Notes: generated by a model not told the origin, from the letters alone. DNA of 64,000 bases from Diplonema japonicum (GCA_964019335.1 OZ025689.1:186001-250000); one strand, 5' to 3'; positions 37,401 to 50,249 are shown, counted from the first letter of the stretch. Translations and numbers: made by a program.

Positions 37401-40400
37401 GGGTCACAATGGGCAGCAGTTGTACGAGCTCATCATCTTGGAAGATACGCCTCTTGATGATAACGTGCCAGAAAGCCAGAAAGGCGGAGATGAGCCGGTT
37501 TTCAGCTGGCTTTCTATAGACTTGCTTGCCGTGCGCATCCAAAAAATGCAAAGCAGCAGTTTTCAAAGGAGGTGTGATTTCATCATCTATCATGTTGCGG
37601 GGCTCCGACTTCCCAATGTTGTGCCAAGCGACGACAAGCCTGCTAGGGCTGCGGGGGAGAATGGGGTACAGCGGCATGATGTGCGCATGGAGGGCGATGT
37701 CAAGCACGATGGCCTGCAGGTCGTCAAGAGTGTCGGTTCTCTTTTTTGTTTTCCAGTAGGCGGACTGCGAGCCGACGAAGGCGATAACGATTTCCCCGGG
37801 TATCCACCGTTGCACGTAGCGCAGGGCGCTGGGGTTGCCCTTGCACAGGTTTCCGAACACACGCAGCATTGCTTTGTAGTACCCCACTAACGGTTCTACA
37901 CGTTCATCAGTCACCTGGCACAACGACATAAGATCCATCCATGTGCAGTACCGTGGCCGCAGGAATTCTGTCGACTGCCGGGATCTCCGCACTGTCATTT
38001 TCTTCCCTTTCACCACAGCTTCAGCAGGGATTCTGACCCAGATGGACCCGGACGCGTTGACCAGTGTGTCCATCACCAGGTCAGGGTTCTCACAGAGGAG
38101 TTCTAAAACGAACGCTTGCGACCTTGGTATCGCTTGGTCTTGGTAGATGCACAGCACAGCGAGCAACTCCATGGGCGAGGGACGAAGGCCGTGGTTCTTG
38201 ATGTACTGGAAGAGCTCTTGGATGAGAAGCTCGTCAGCATCGTCGAGGAAAGGCTTGTTGTCCCTGTATAGCTCTAGGAGCAGGTCGCAAACACCGAGCT
38301 GCGGGTTGCTGAGATGGGTGCGGAAGATGTGAAGGTATCGCTTCAGGAAAGAGGCGTTCTCAGTAGAACCCTTGACCATGGCACGGAGGAGACGGTAGCA
38401 AAGCTGCCCGACCGTGTTGTCCTTCCCCTTTGTCTTTACCTGCAGCATCCGGATAAGCACCTTATGGATGTCCTGGCTGAAGAGCAGCTCTTGAAAGTTC
38501 GGGACGGGTATCCCGTCACGTTTCATGGGTTTTGGCTCCTCGGACATAGTGCAGTCGATGATGAGCTGTTCTAATTTGTTTTTCGTTTGGTTGATGAGCA
38601 TGCTGCTGTGTGTTGTGTTGAAAGATTCCTCATTTGAGGAGAAGTAGTGGATGTACTGTTGCAACTTTCCCCGGCACTCGATCACCGTGTTCAGCCCGAG
38701 TAGCTTGTCTTGAGGAACACGCGACACACACCACACGTCGTCATGGGCACGTTTCTCGGTGGGGATGATTTGCAGCTTCGACGTCACATTCAGCTTCAAA
38801 GAGTCACCGAAATCAGCTGTCAAATCACCGCTGTTGTTCCCTAAGGTAGATGCTTTGTATTGCCGTGGTTTCAGCTGTGCAAGGCTCGGTTGCTTTTTCA
38901 TCATTTGCTGCATGGTGAACGCTGCTTTGTCTTGCGCTTTTTTCGACACCGCATCGAGAGTCGATCCCGACACTTGTACCCATTTCTTTGTCTCCACGTG
39001 CTGAAGCCTTGTGAAGGTAGTCGCGCTCTGCAGCCGCATTTCATTTTGTCCTTCGTCAAGAGGGTGTATGTAGAACAGCGTGTCGGGGTGGGGTCTCGCG
39101 CGGCCCTTCATCTGGTCGAGCGGTTTGCGGATTTTCTTCTTCTTGGGGGCGTTGGTGTTGTTGGGGGGGATCGCGAAGGATATCTCCTTGTGGACGCTTT
39201 TCGGCGACGCGGGTGAGTCGATCAGTTCCTTTTCAAGCTCGTCGGCAACTTCATTCCGACGGTCGCAAACATTCAAACGGATATCGCAGCTGGAAGGGAG
39301 AAGCTCTGATGTAGAGCTGGATTCTTCGTCTTCTTCTTCACTGCAGTGCGTGAACGTTTCGTCCCCAGAGTCGCCTCTGTAGCTGAGGAAGGCTTCATGG
39401 CTGAGCAGTGTTGTGGTGTACTGGAGCTCACCGTGTGGTGTCTTGGTTTGAATGACGGCGAGGTACCTATGCGAGGCGAGATGTTTGATACGATACGTTG
39501 GTCGTCGTGTGCCCGGCACGAGGTTGACGGGGCCTCCTACAGTGATAACGCAGTGCTCTAACATCCATACACCGTTTACGTTGACCTTTAGGTTTTCTAT
39601 GTTGTAGGTCCGTTGGTTGGCGTTGTTTGGGATTTGAAGGTATACGCGGGTTTCGTTCGCCTCGTCGTACTCGGAGGAGCTGTGGGCCGCTATGGCGAAG
39701 CCTTCACGTTCCTTGTGGAATAGTGCGATGGGGGTTCCGACTCTGATGGTGTTGTCGTCTTCCTCTTCTTGTTTGGTGTCGTAGACGTGAATGGTCCATC
39801 CTGTCTCTTGCGGGTGTGTGCTGACACTGACCTCGTACCGCCAGCAAGCGTTCTCCCCGTTGTGGTATGAGTCGTCGCCTTCTTCTTCGGAAACGTTGAG
39901 GTGCTTGTCATCGCCTTCTGGAAGCAGTTTGATGTGGTCGCTGGCTCGTACCTTGTCGCCCTCCGACCTAACTTTGTATTTTGGGAGGATTTTGAATTGG
40001 TTGCTTCTGTTTAACGGGTTTTTCTTCTCCAGGAGTACCTTGCTGGACCCAACGGATAGATTGCTTTGACGTTGTCTATCAACACATAGGACTGTGTCGG
40101 TGTAGTCGTGCTTCAGAGTGATGATTTGCCCAAAGTATAATGGATCGCCGTTCGCCACCCCAAGGCCTTGCGAGTCCCAGATGTCAATTCGAGACAGTGT
40201 GAAGACGCAGCGCTCGAAGTGGTTTGGGAAGTGGCTCACGTTCTGTCTGTCCACGGTATCCCTCTCCAGCCTCTCTACTACGACGTTCGACGACGTGATG
40301 CCATCTGCTGCCAGGTACCCGCTGCAGGCCTCGCAGTACAAACTTATCTTATCCCCATTCCTCACAAACTCCTCAGAAGAAGCTGTCACAGACATTGCGC

Positions 40401-40440
40401 GAGATCTACCGAATCTGGGAGACGGTGACGCTGTTGTCAT
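31365..40440 (-). CDS. ITPR: Inositol 1,4,5-trisphosphate receptor / Ca2+ release channel; exons 33134-40440, 32977-33067, 32215-32934, 32104-32164, 31938-32038, 31758-31889, 31471-31707, 31365-31421
   Basis: MIR/beta-trefoil N-terminus (FKILPKYKVRSEGDKV, YRIKHLASHRYL), RIH-associated LRLLQLVCEGHHLRLQNYIR, TLTEFCQGPCPDNQ, pore MRSGGGVGD, IITDSFTELR, CFICG…EHNMWNYLYF…FTGQ|ESYV after splicing seven GT-AG introns. Confidence 0.95.
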
Positions 40441-40696
40441 ATATTGTGCATGTGTACTGTCGAACGAGAACACACACACAAAAAGAAAAAAAAAAAAAAA
40501 AAAAAAAACAAGAAAAAAAACAGCTCCAACCCCTCTCCCCTCTGTTTGGTTTTTTTTTTTTTTTTTTTTTTTTTTCTTTTTCTTTTTAAAGTTTGTGGAC
40601 AGAAAAAAAAAAAAAACTAAAATAAAAAGAAAACAGAATACAAAAGACTTTTTTTTTTTTGAAACAATACAATTTTTTTTTTTTTAAATACTTTTT

Positions 40697-41272
40697 TCAT
40701 GTTGCAGATTTGACGCTGTGCAAGGTACACGATACAGCCTGTGACGCCTCGCAGAGATTCTCCTCCATCCTCGCGATTTTGATCTGCTGCTCTTTCAGAG
40801 ATTCCTTTTTTTCCTCCAACAGCACCTCAGTTTGCTTGTTGTCCGCCGCCACCCTCTTAAGCTGTTGCTTCAGTCGCCGCAACTTTGCCTTTTCAGTGGC
40901 AGCGTGGTCCTTCTCGTAGGTATCTTTCGCCTCGGTGCCGTCGCAGAAGCCTTTGTAGAGGTTGAGGTCTTTTTCTGCGGATACCCTCCCTGCGTTAGAG
41001 TCTTTAAAGCGAGCTTGGAGGGCTCGTTTCTTTTGTGTTTCTCCTTCCAGCATCAGTCTTGTAGAAATGGCCCTCAAAACTAGTTCGTGTTCCATACGGG
41101 TGAGCTTTGCTTCCTCCTTTCGTGCCACCCAACACTTCACCATTTCATTCTTTATTTCCCTGTCCAACCCTGCGCTCTTGACGGTCCACGCGTCTTGCCG
41201 TGCTTCTTGCTTCCTCAGCTTAGCTTTGACCTCTGCAGCTTTATCGATCACACCATCCTTGCGTGTTATCAT
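40697..41272 (-). CDS. Hypothetical coiled-coil protein
   Basis: 191-aa K/E/R-rich helical ORF. Confidence 0.65.
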   Translation of the reverse strand: MITRKDGVIDKAAEVKAKLRKQEARQDAWTVKSAGLDREIKNEMVKCWVARKEEAKLTRMEHELVLRAISTRLMLEGETQKKRALQARFKDSNAGRVSAEKDLNLYKGFCDGTEAKDTYEKDHAATEKAKLRRLKQQLKRVAADNKQTEVLLEEKKESLKEQQIKIARMEENLCEASQAVSCTLHSVKSAT

Positions 41273-41273
41273 G

Positions 41274-41306
<33 letters not shown>

Positions 41307-41628
41307 CCCCGTCTGGTAACCCACGGCCCCTCCTCACTTTCTCGATTTTAAGTTATTTTCTGGCAGAAAAAAAAAAAAAAAAAAAAAAGAGAAAACGAAA
41401 CTCGCGTACAAATAAGGGGAATGGGTTGGAAAAAAAAGGTGTGAACACAAAAAAAAAGGGGGGGGAGATCGGGGGAAAAAAAAAGTAGAGGATACCACCA
41501 TCCCCCCCAAGGGAACCGAGTCGACCAAGATTCAAATATCATGAAAGAAAAAAAAAATGAGGGGGGAAAGGGGGAGACAAGACTACAAAAAAATGGGGGG
41601 GGGGAAAACACTTTAAAAAATATCCTGC

Positions 41629-42114
41629 TCACTGTGCGGTTCTCCTCGAACGGGGGTCGGTGTGGGTGTGGTACTTGGTCACTGCGTTGTGGAATTCGTC
41701 GAAATTCAGTTGGCCGTCGTTGTCGAAGTCTCCCCAGTTGATGAGCTCGCTGAGTTGGTCTTGAGTCATTTCTATGTCGCATTTCTTTGCGATCCTCTCT
41801 AAATCGTGGACGCCGATCCTGCCATTTCTGTCGAAGTCGAAGACTGAGAACATGTGCTGGATCTCAGCGTCGCTTCCGGACTCCAGCATCTTCTTCTTGA
41901 TCATCGAGTCGAATTCCTCGAAGCTGATTTTACCGTCGCCGCTTGTGTCAACGTTCGCCATGAATTCCTTCACATCTTTGTTGTTCACCTGTTCCCAGCC
42001 CAGAGACTTCAAGGCGAAGCGAACCTCGTCCTCGTCCAGCTCACCACTCCCGTCCTGGTCGTAAAGATTGAAGCACTCCTTAATGTCATCGTCAGACAGC
42101 CTGAGAACTACCAT
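41629..42114 (-). CDS. Centrin/calmodulin-like EF-hand protein
   Basis: Four EF-hand loops: DQDGSGELDEDE, DTSGDGKISFEE, DFDRNGRIGVHD, DFDNDGQLNFDE; ALKSLG and 'DL.RIAK' are centrin-like. Start at the ATG after the A-run. Confidence 0.88.
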   Translation of the reverse strand: MVVLRLSDDDIKECFNLYDQDGSGELDEDEVRFALKSLGWEQVNNKDVKEFMANVDTSGDGKISFEEFDSMIKKKMLESGSDAEIQHMFSVFDFDRNGRIGVHDLERIAKKCDIEMTQDQLSELINWGDFDNDGQLNFDEFHNAVTKYHTHTDPRSRRTAQ

Positions 42115-43395
42115 TTTTTTTTTCTTTTTTGTTTTCTGTGAATTTTCAGTGTTCTTTTTTTTTGAAACCCTCGCCCCTCCCCGAGGGGGAACCTGAAAAA
42201 GAAAAAGAAAAAAAAAAGAAGAAAAAAATAGGGGAGAAGAGGGGAGTGGCGGTGAGGTGTGTGTATAGGTGGTAGGTATTTTTTTTTCAAGCTTTTTTTT
42301 TTTTTTTTTGTATTTCTTTTTTTCCCCCCCTAAAAAACTTCTTCCACCGGCCATATCTCTCCGGCAACAGCGGCGGGAGGATTCTTTTTTTTTTTTTCTC
42401 CTCCCGTAGAATGGGGTGTGGTTTTTTTTTTTTTTTTCTCTTTTTTTTTTCTTCTTTTTCGCACGAGGTTAAAAAAAAAAGGGGGGGACAAAAAAAACTA
42501 GTTTGGCGCTCCATTTGTTTGTGCGCACGAGCGGAATTTTACCTAATAAAATAGCTCATTACGCTGCCATCAACTGGTTTTTAGTCTCGACAATAATATT
42601 GTTAAAACAAAAAAAACTTACAAAGAAAAAAAAATGCTTGCCGAGAAAAAAAAAAGTAAAAAATACAGAGGGGGAGGAAACTCGATACATTTTCAATGTG
42701 CAGAGAGGCGCTTACTGCTCATAATGAAGTTCACACCCATCACCAGTCTGCGGTGGAAGACAAAGTTTCTTTTTTTTTTTTCTTTTTTTTTTTTTTTCCA
42801 AATGGGAAAAGACTCATTCATTTTTCATTTCTACCATGACTTGCGAAATCCGCACTAAAAAAATTGGTTGTACCTCTTGTCAAGGTACTGCTTATTTACT
42901 CCCATTTAAAAAAAAAAAAAAAAAAGAGAGATCTAACACCGATCGTCAAAAGCTTGTTAAAGATTCTCGACCTAGATAGCAAAATGTGTTAAAAGAGGAA
43001 CTGGCAGTCTCTCACATGTTTATGTCGTGCGTCGCATAGAAAACCTGGAGAAAGTTTAAAATCTGATGCCAACGGTCCCCCTGTTGACAAGCCGAAGGAG
43101 AAAATAAAAGAAGAGAAGAAAACTGAGGTCTTCCTTCCCCGAAAGTACGCGTCTCGGCTTCTGTCTGAGGTTGGGTATTTTTTCTTCTTCTTTTTTCTTT
43201 CTTCTCTAACCTATACTGTCAATCAACAAAAGCAGCGGAGAAAAAAAAAGGGGAGGGAGACATTGTGAGGAGGGTGTGGTCAAATTAATATTCCGGAGCA
43301 ACATTCTTTTTTGTTTTCTTTTTGTTTTTTTTTTTTTTTTCTTTTAGTTCTTTCATTTTCCGGTTTTTTTTTTTTTTGTTTTTTTTTTTTTTTTT

Positions 43396-44594
43396 TTTTA
43401 TTTCACTCTTCAGAAATTACTTCACGCACTGGGGGGCCCATTACTTCACGCTAAATCTCATTACTTCACGCTAAATCTCATTACTTCACGGTGAAATAAT
43501 GGCCTGTTTTCCGTGAAGTAATAGGGTTTCCGTTAAATAATATGCCTCGGTAGGCCAATTTTTGCCTCGGTTCGGTCCCAGTGGGGCTACTTTTTCCTCT
43601 CAGTTTGCTAATTTCCCCCCAGGTTCAGCTCAATTGGCCAACTTTTGCCTCGGCTCAGTTCCAAGTTCGACTACTTTTTCCTCCCAATTTGCCCACTTTT
43701 GGCTAGGCCTTGTTCCCAGTTTCTGTGGGTAACTCTTCTGTGGGTAAGGGTAACTTAGTCAGCTTACCCAAGCTCCCCAAATGACTTCAAAATACCGAAG
43801 CAGCAGAAAAAAAGGAGCCAGCGGCCGCGCTAGGTATGGGAAGGCCTGATTAGAGATGGTGACAGTGGCAATGCCAGCGACAGCGGCAGCTCTTAGTCAA
43901 CAAAAGGAGGAAAAACAACTTGTATTGTAACCTTTGTAACCCCTCTCTTGTTGTACCCCTTGTCACCCTGTTGTGCCCCTCGTGGTGAAGTAATTTCAGA
44001 GTGTCGTGAAATAAAACCACTTACCTACCGCCAAGTAATGCTTTACCGACCTCGAGGTAACGGTGAAGTCATTACTTGTTGGCAGTAAATAGCTATTTTT
44101 TTTCCTTCTTCTAATTTTTTGTTTATTTGGCAGAAATTAAAAAAGGAAGAATAAGAAAAACTTTTTAAAAAAAAAGTCCCCACATCTCTAAATCGTATCT
44201 AGAAGAACAAAAAAAAGGGGGGGGGGAGCCAGGAGTAATGTAAATTGAGGCCACCTGACAGGGTTCGGAGAAAACATAGCTATTTATTTCACTCTTCACT
44301 CTTCAACAGGTCAGCTTTTTTCTGGGGATTTCCCTAAGGTAAAATGGGGTAGCTATTTCGCCGTGGCATTTTAAGGGGAAGTAAAGCACTTATTCCAACT
44401 TTTAAGGGCCGGAATGACCTCAGATGGCCAAAAATAGTCAAAATACTCCACCCCCACAATTTTTTCCACGTCGAGACCCACTATTTTTTTCACTCTGAGG
44501 CTCCATAATTTAACTAGTTAAATTATGGCTGTTTCGCGTTAAATTATAAGGGCCCCTAGTGAGTGAAGAAAATGACGAAGAGTGAAAATAAAAA
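43396..44594. mobile_element. Non-coding inverted-repeat (MITE-like) element, possibly composite
   Basis: Left TATTTCACTCTTCAGAAATTACTTCACGCACTGGGGGGCCC vs reverse complement of right end TATTTTCACTCTTCGTCATTTTCTTCACTCACTAGGGGCCC; internal repeats; no ORF of 60 aa or more in the track; TSD ambiguous. Confidence 0.65.
43441..43490. repeat. 20-bp tandem repeat TTACTTCACGCTAAATCTCA x2.5
   Basis: Read directly; shares the TTACTTCAC core with the element terminus. Confidence 0.9.
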
Positions 44595-44980
44595 ACTTGC
44601 GAAGTTCCTCGGGGGGGGGGGGGGGGCAAAAGGCTTCGAAAATACCGATAGCACACCGATTTTAACCCCTTCCGTGATTTTTACCCCCCCCCCTCTCCCC
44701 CGTCAGACACTTTTAGAGATATGAGGAGTAAAAAATTCTTTTTTTGTAAAACACGAAACGGTGGGGGGGGGGAGAAAAAAAACGGCTGGTGGGAGAAGGG
44801 GAAAACAAAAAAAAAAAAAGAAGTATCAGAAACAAACACCCCAATACTGCCCCCCCCCCCCCCCTCCCCCCCACCGTCAATTCCCCGAGTAGGAGGTAAG
44901 TTAAGAAGGTACTCGATAAAATCACATACTTTACCCTACATAATTCAACAACAAAACAAAAAAAAAAAATCATTAACCCC

Positions 44981-44994
44981 TCACGACTCGGAGC

Positions 44995-45030
<36 letters not shown>

Positions 45031-46051
45031 TACAAGACCGCGGCGATTCGTTGTCACTAAGAGCATCATTACGGGCAGCCACGGTCATTTCATCCCACAC
45101 AACACGGAAATGCGGAGGACCGCTTAAGAAAGCGCGTGTGACAGTGGTGATGGGACACTTGGCAGCGGTGGTGGGGAGCTGGTACCCAGTAGAAGCAAGA
45201 CGCGATACCAAAAGGCTCCAATACTTATCGCTGGTCACGCAGTTCATCCATTGGTCGATTTTTGTAATGAGATTTATGTGTTCATTTCGAAGGGCTCGAA
45301 TATACCTCTGAAGCTCGTGAAGCTTAGCAGACTGGTTTCTAGGCCGGAGCCTTTCATACGCGTCCGAAAGTGTTGCTGTGGCCGTGCACAGCCTTCGGAG
45401 TACATCGTGGAGCTCGTCTACATCTGCCATTGTAAGTTTTTGCAAGGCAGCCAACCCAAGGTGGATCTCGACAATCTCTGCGACAATTTCGACCGCGAGG
45501 CGGTCTCTTATGCCCACAAGGCTGATTGGAAACAGCCTTAGCACCAACGACCTCCATTTAACAACGCCAGAGTTGCAGTAAAATTTGTATTTTTCCTTGG
45601 CGTTCCGGTGTTCCCCGCCGAGATTTTTCAAACACTTGACCCATTGTCTGTTCACCTGTTCTGTTCTAAAGGCTTCGGAGAACTTCCCTGTTCCAAAATC
45701 TTCCAAGACTGCGACCCATCTCTTCCACAACCCGTTCGCCTGCGAAGCGAGCCACATTTCCTTGCATGTTTGCCGGGCTGTGAAGCACTCCCAAGGCATT
45801 AGCATTGAGTACACGATGTACAGAACGTCAGGTGAGAAGAACTGCCTCTGGTGTGGCCTTGATGATTGTCTTGTTGTGGCTCCCTGCGGTGGTAGGGCCA
45901 TCTCCCGGCAGCGTACTTTTTTGTGTGGCCGTCCGGTCATGCCGCAGAACGGCTGCGATTCGTAGTTCAAACATATTCTACAACGGTCGCCGCCCTCTCG
46001 TTCGATGGACGCGGCTAGTGATGTCAGGATGTCGTCATCTTCTGTTAACAT
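44981..46051 (-). CDS. F-box-like protein with N-terminal Cys/His motif and poly-Asp tail
   Basis: FSPDVLYIVYSML…ARQTCKEMW…LWKRW is F-box-like; CRIC…FCGMTGRPH; GAT repeat encoding poly-Asp. Confidence 0.65.
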
Positions 46052-46126
46052 CCCACTCCCACCCCCTCCCCCTCTCTCTCCTGTTAAAGAGTAGCAAGAT
46101 TGAACGAAATGGGGAATATAGAAGAC

Positions 46127-46161
<35 letters not shown>

Positions 46162-46176
46162 ATTTGGTGGGGGCAT

Positions 46177-46995
46177 TTACTTGTCCCCGCCGTTGTCTTC
46201 GTCGTCGTTCCCAAAGGTAGGTGGTGTCCCGAAGCGGGGGGAGTTTTGGTTTTGCTTCCCGGCGTGGAATATCTTCTTCTCTCGTAGAAGGTCGAGCGCA
46301 CTGCGATTAATATACAAATAGCAACACCACCACAAATAAGATGGGTACGTGGACCGGCTTAAAAGCAACTCCTCAGAGTCTGCAACAACAGACATCAAAG
46401 GGAGATAGGTGCCTGAGTACCATTCGTAGGTGTTCGAGGTAAGCGTGCCTGTGTTCCAGTCGAAGCTGAGCACAGCCGTGATGGTTTTACCCCATATCCG
46501 TGAGGAGATGTACAGCGTGTTCCCGCTGTGGCGGGTGTTGAAGATGTCGAGGAGGATGGAGCAAGAAAGAATGTCAAATAATGTCTCTAAGAGCGTTTCC
46601 GGCGGGCTTCGCTGCACCCTGCCTTCCCGTAGCAATGCTTTGCAATTGTCCCCGATAATCCCCGACTTCTTCACATGCATGCTCATCTTCTTCACATACC
46701 GGTACCCCGGGTCTGTGAACAGCTTGTCGCCCGCACCTAGACCCCACACCGAGGATACTGTCGCCAAGGCAAGCCTCCTTGGTACCCTCCACCGTAGTAT
46801 TGACCCCATTGCAAAAGTTGCCAGCCCAGCACTTAACCCCATGAACTCCGTTCGCTGGCCACAAGCCATGTTCAGCATTGCTATCCTTTGGTGCTGCTCA
46901 AAATCCGACGGTTTGATACCCGCCGCCTTCACCATCTGAAGCTGCCTGCTCACCCACACCATTGCCGGGAATTGCATCTTTCCATCTTCTCCCAT
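46177..46995 (-). CDS. Hypothetical membrane-associated protein (272 aa)
   Basis: Intact ORF after a purine run; two Gly/Ala-rich hydrophobic segments. Confidence 0.65.
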   Translation of the reverse strand: MGEDGKMQFPAMVWVSRQLQMVKAAGIKPSDFEQHQRIAMLNMACGQRTEFMGLSAGLATFAMGSILRWRVPRRLALATVSSVWGLGAGDKLFTDPGYRYVKKMSMHVKKSGIIGDNCKALLREGRVQRSPPETLLETLFDILSCSILLDIFNTRHSGNTLYISSRIWGKTITAVLSFDWNTGTLTSNTYEWYSGTYLPLMSVVADSEELLLSRSTYPSYLWWCCYLYINRSALDLLREKKIFHAGKQNQNSPRFGTPPTFGNDDEDNGGDK

Positions 46996-47550
46996 TTTCT
47001 TTTTCTTCCCTCCCCCCTCTCTCCCCTTTCTCTCTCCCTTTTTTCCTTTTTTTGATTATTTTGTAGAGAAAAACGAATTCTAGAGGAGAAAAAAAAAAAA
47101 CAAAAAGGACTTTTTTTTTTTTTAAAAACACTCTTTTTTTAAAAAAAAAGGGGGAGAAATGTCTGAGAAACTGGGGGGAAGAATAGGGGGGAGGGGGAGG
47201 GGTGAAGAAACTATTCCTATAAGTTATGTGTTTGACGCGCCCACCGGACGGGCCTAGTTGGGTTTTTAGTCCCAGCTCCTGCCGCATTCTCCCTGCAACG
47301 TTAAACGGTAAACCTCACCCTCATAGCACCGGACCCAGCCTGCTCATCACGTTCCCCCTCCTTCCACCTCTGTGGCATGTGCCACACCCTGCAGATGCCC
47401 GAAAGAAAAAGAAAGAAAAAAAAGAAAAGATAACCTCAACCAGCAATGTTTGTATACACATTTAAAAAAAAAAATAAAAAGGGCCAAACCAAAACAGAAA
47501 AAAAAAAAAAAAAAGAAGAAAAAAAAAAGTGTGGAAACGAAGGGGCGCGG

Positions 47551-50096
47551 TTAGGGACGATTCCGTTCGTAGTATATAACAAGTTCTTTGTTTTTCGAGC
47601 GGTAGTACTTGTCAACGGTGGAGAGGGACCACAGGGGATCCACGACCTGTTGTATTTCTTTTTTTTTTTAAACCCTTCCTCACACCGTGTTGTTGGCAAT
47701 GAGCTGTATGTACTCCTCAGGAGCTACGGATTCACCAGCATCACCCGCCCCGGACCCCGGTGACGTGGGGGTGTTGCACGGCGCCTCCCATGCTGCGAAG
47801 GAAGGAAGCTTCAACTTTAATATCTTGACGATCTCCTCTGCCACCTTGAACATCCGCAACTTAGGCGACCCGCTTAACCGCCTGCACCCGGTGGGTAGGT
47901 CCGCAATGCCCGTCTTATCTACAGATTCCAACGAAAAGAAAATATTTGCCGATCTCGTGGTGAGGGACAGCTCTCGCGACTCTAACATCTCCGCCACCCA
48001 CACAGGCAGCCTCCAGCTGAACATCATCTTCTGTTCCGCACCCTTTGAGAAATACTGTTGAACCTCGCTGACTTGACACCTTGTGTGAGGGTGGTAAGGT
48101 TCACCATCATGTGAATACACAACCTTGCATCCAACCTCCGGTGGTTCGTTTTTTGAAGGTGTTTTTGGTGGAGCCTCCCTCCGCGACCACACAGTAATCA
48201 GCGTGCTGGGCTGGTAGCTGAACATCACCCGAAGCAAGGACGTGGTGGGCAGGCCTTTGTTCCGTGCATGCGAGGCCTCCCTTTCCAAATAAGCCGCACG
48301 TGACATGGAGTCTGACGGTAGCTTTCCACAATCCTCAACAAACCGATGGTTGTGCGCCTTCAACAGCGACTTGAACAAGCCAAGCAACGCGGATTCCCCG
48401 TAATTGATGGGAGGCCGCTCTGCTTTGAGTTGCATGAGAGAAGCATGTGAAAGGGGTTTAGGGGGAGGTATGAAGAATGGGTTCGACAGGTCCCTCTCCC
48501 ATAAGGTCGACTCGCACAAGAAGGCGCTTGGGTGGTCCAGGTGCACCGTCAGCATGCCTGTCGTCACGTCCGCGTAGCACCACGACGCTACTGCTGTTTT
48601 AATGTACTTCTCCTCGATCTCTTCTGCTAGCTTTTCCAGGTCATCGTGGCCCTCCATCGCTTCGCACATTTCCCCGCTCACGAGGTCCCACAAACCCACG
48701 GACCCCTCTGCGTCACGTGTCAAACAGTGCCGCTTGTTCCCAAGCACCTTTGCGGCTACAAGCGGCGGCTCGCTTTCGCACTCTTTATCAGGCCCGACCA
48801 GCGCACACCCCATGCTGCTCACGTACCCCTCGACGGCCTCGGGACTGTCAAACCCCTTCTGTAAATACAGTGTCTTAAACAAAATCTCCTCATACCTTTG
48901 CACCAGGAGGGATGCTCCTCAACAGATGCGGCGGGAGAGAGAAGGCGTGTCTGTCAAGATGCGATGGCACGAGGTGGTGAATATTCTGTTTGTTTGTTTT
49001 TTTTTTCCCGGGTGTAAAGAGAAAAAAAAAAACACACCAAAGAGCATTCGGAAAGCGGGTGGGGGGGCTGGGGAGGGGTTAAGGAACGCGACCGCTGCGG
49101 CGGCGGCGGAGCGTAGGAAGTAACAGCTGGTGACGAGAGAAAGTCGGTGAGATCCCATGTAGACAAGGGGTGAGAAGCGGAAGAAGAGGAAAGCCACAGG
49201 GTGTTCCCCGTCAGGGCAAGAGAAGTAATAGGCGTAGAAGGCGCCGCCACTAAAGATGCAGACGCACCTTTATAATCTGTGAACGTGGAGAGAAGGGTAC
49301 CATTCCGCCCACCGGAGAGCATGGCCATTTCTGCCCCGCCGACGCGGCCTTTACCAGGTATCTCTTCAAGACACCACAAAGACCCTTGACCAGTATGCAC
49401 AACGAGCGCGCACTTTTCGTTCCTAACATCCCAGTACCGCATGGTGCCGTCTGAGGCACAGGTGGCGAGGATGTTGGTGTCGTGGTATGCCCAGGTGATG
49501 TCCCGCACGATATCTTTGTGACCTTTGAGCTGCATGTGAACACGGCCGGTACGCCAGTCGATGACCTTGACAGTGTTGTCAGTGGTACCTATGGCGACTA
49601 GGTCCCCCTGTGTCCCCATAGCGTAGATGGATTGCAAGGCTTCTGCGAAGTGGTAGGCTCCCTTGCAGGTTGTCTGTGCCTTCACCACGTCGATGGCGGC
49701 GATGGTGCCGTCGAAGGATGCGGAGAAAAGGAGGCCGAGTGGTTTTGAGAAGACGCATTGCTTCACGTAGTCGGAGTGCGGGGAGAACGTAGCTGTACAT
49801 CGGGTTTCGTTGATGTCCCACAGCTTCACCTGCGAATCGCTGCTGCAAGACGCGATTACGTTCTCACCCACCGCCGTCACGTCGTTCACCCAGTCAACGT
49901 GTCCTTCCAGAACAGTTTGTTCTGACATGTTCTCCCCCCAGACCCTCACCACGCCATCACGGCCTCCTGTTGCCGTTTGCCGTGACGCATCCCCGTCTAG
50001 TTTTATTATACAGTTTATTCCTCCGATCACACTGTTGTGACTCTTCCTACGTGGGAGTGTAAAGGACACTCTGCGGTTGCGCCGGCGGGAGTCCAT
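47551..50096 (-). CDS. WDR48: WD repeat protein 48 (UAF1)-like deubiquitinase cofactor; exons 49038-50096, 48896-48985, 47686-48858, 47551-47646
   Basis: RRVSF…GIN, TGGRDGVVRVW, GHVDWVND, SCSSDSQVKLW, HSDYVK, NKRHCLTRD…V.LWD, SWC..D..TG.L.VHL, and C-terminal RL…LR..KV…PEEYIQL…|VVDPLWSLSTV match the WDR48 layout; three phase-0 GT-AG introns. Confidence 0.88.
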
Positions 50097-50249
50097 TCTT
50101 TTTCTTCTTCTTCTTCTTTTTTTTTCCCCCTCCCCTCCCCCACCTCCTTCCCCTCCCCCCCCCCCGTCCTGTAAGATACGATTAGGAAGGTTACAGAGGG
50201 GGGGGGGGGGGGGTGAGAAAAACACTTATCTGCGCGTTTTCTTTTTCTT

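Noticed and set aside
32966-40428. Many plus-strand ORFs overlapping ITPR and other long genes
   Set aside because: Antisense shadows of GC-rich coding sequence; the minus frame carries the conserved motifs.
42930-43180. Plus-strand coding-like fragment (…TWRKFKSDANGPPVDKPKEKIKEEKK…)
   Set aside because: Short, bounded by stops, no start or recognisable family; at most a decayed fragment.
43441-43500. CRISPR-like repeat
   Set aside because: Head-to-tail identical 20-mers with no unique spacers, no cas genes, eukaryotic context.
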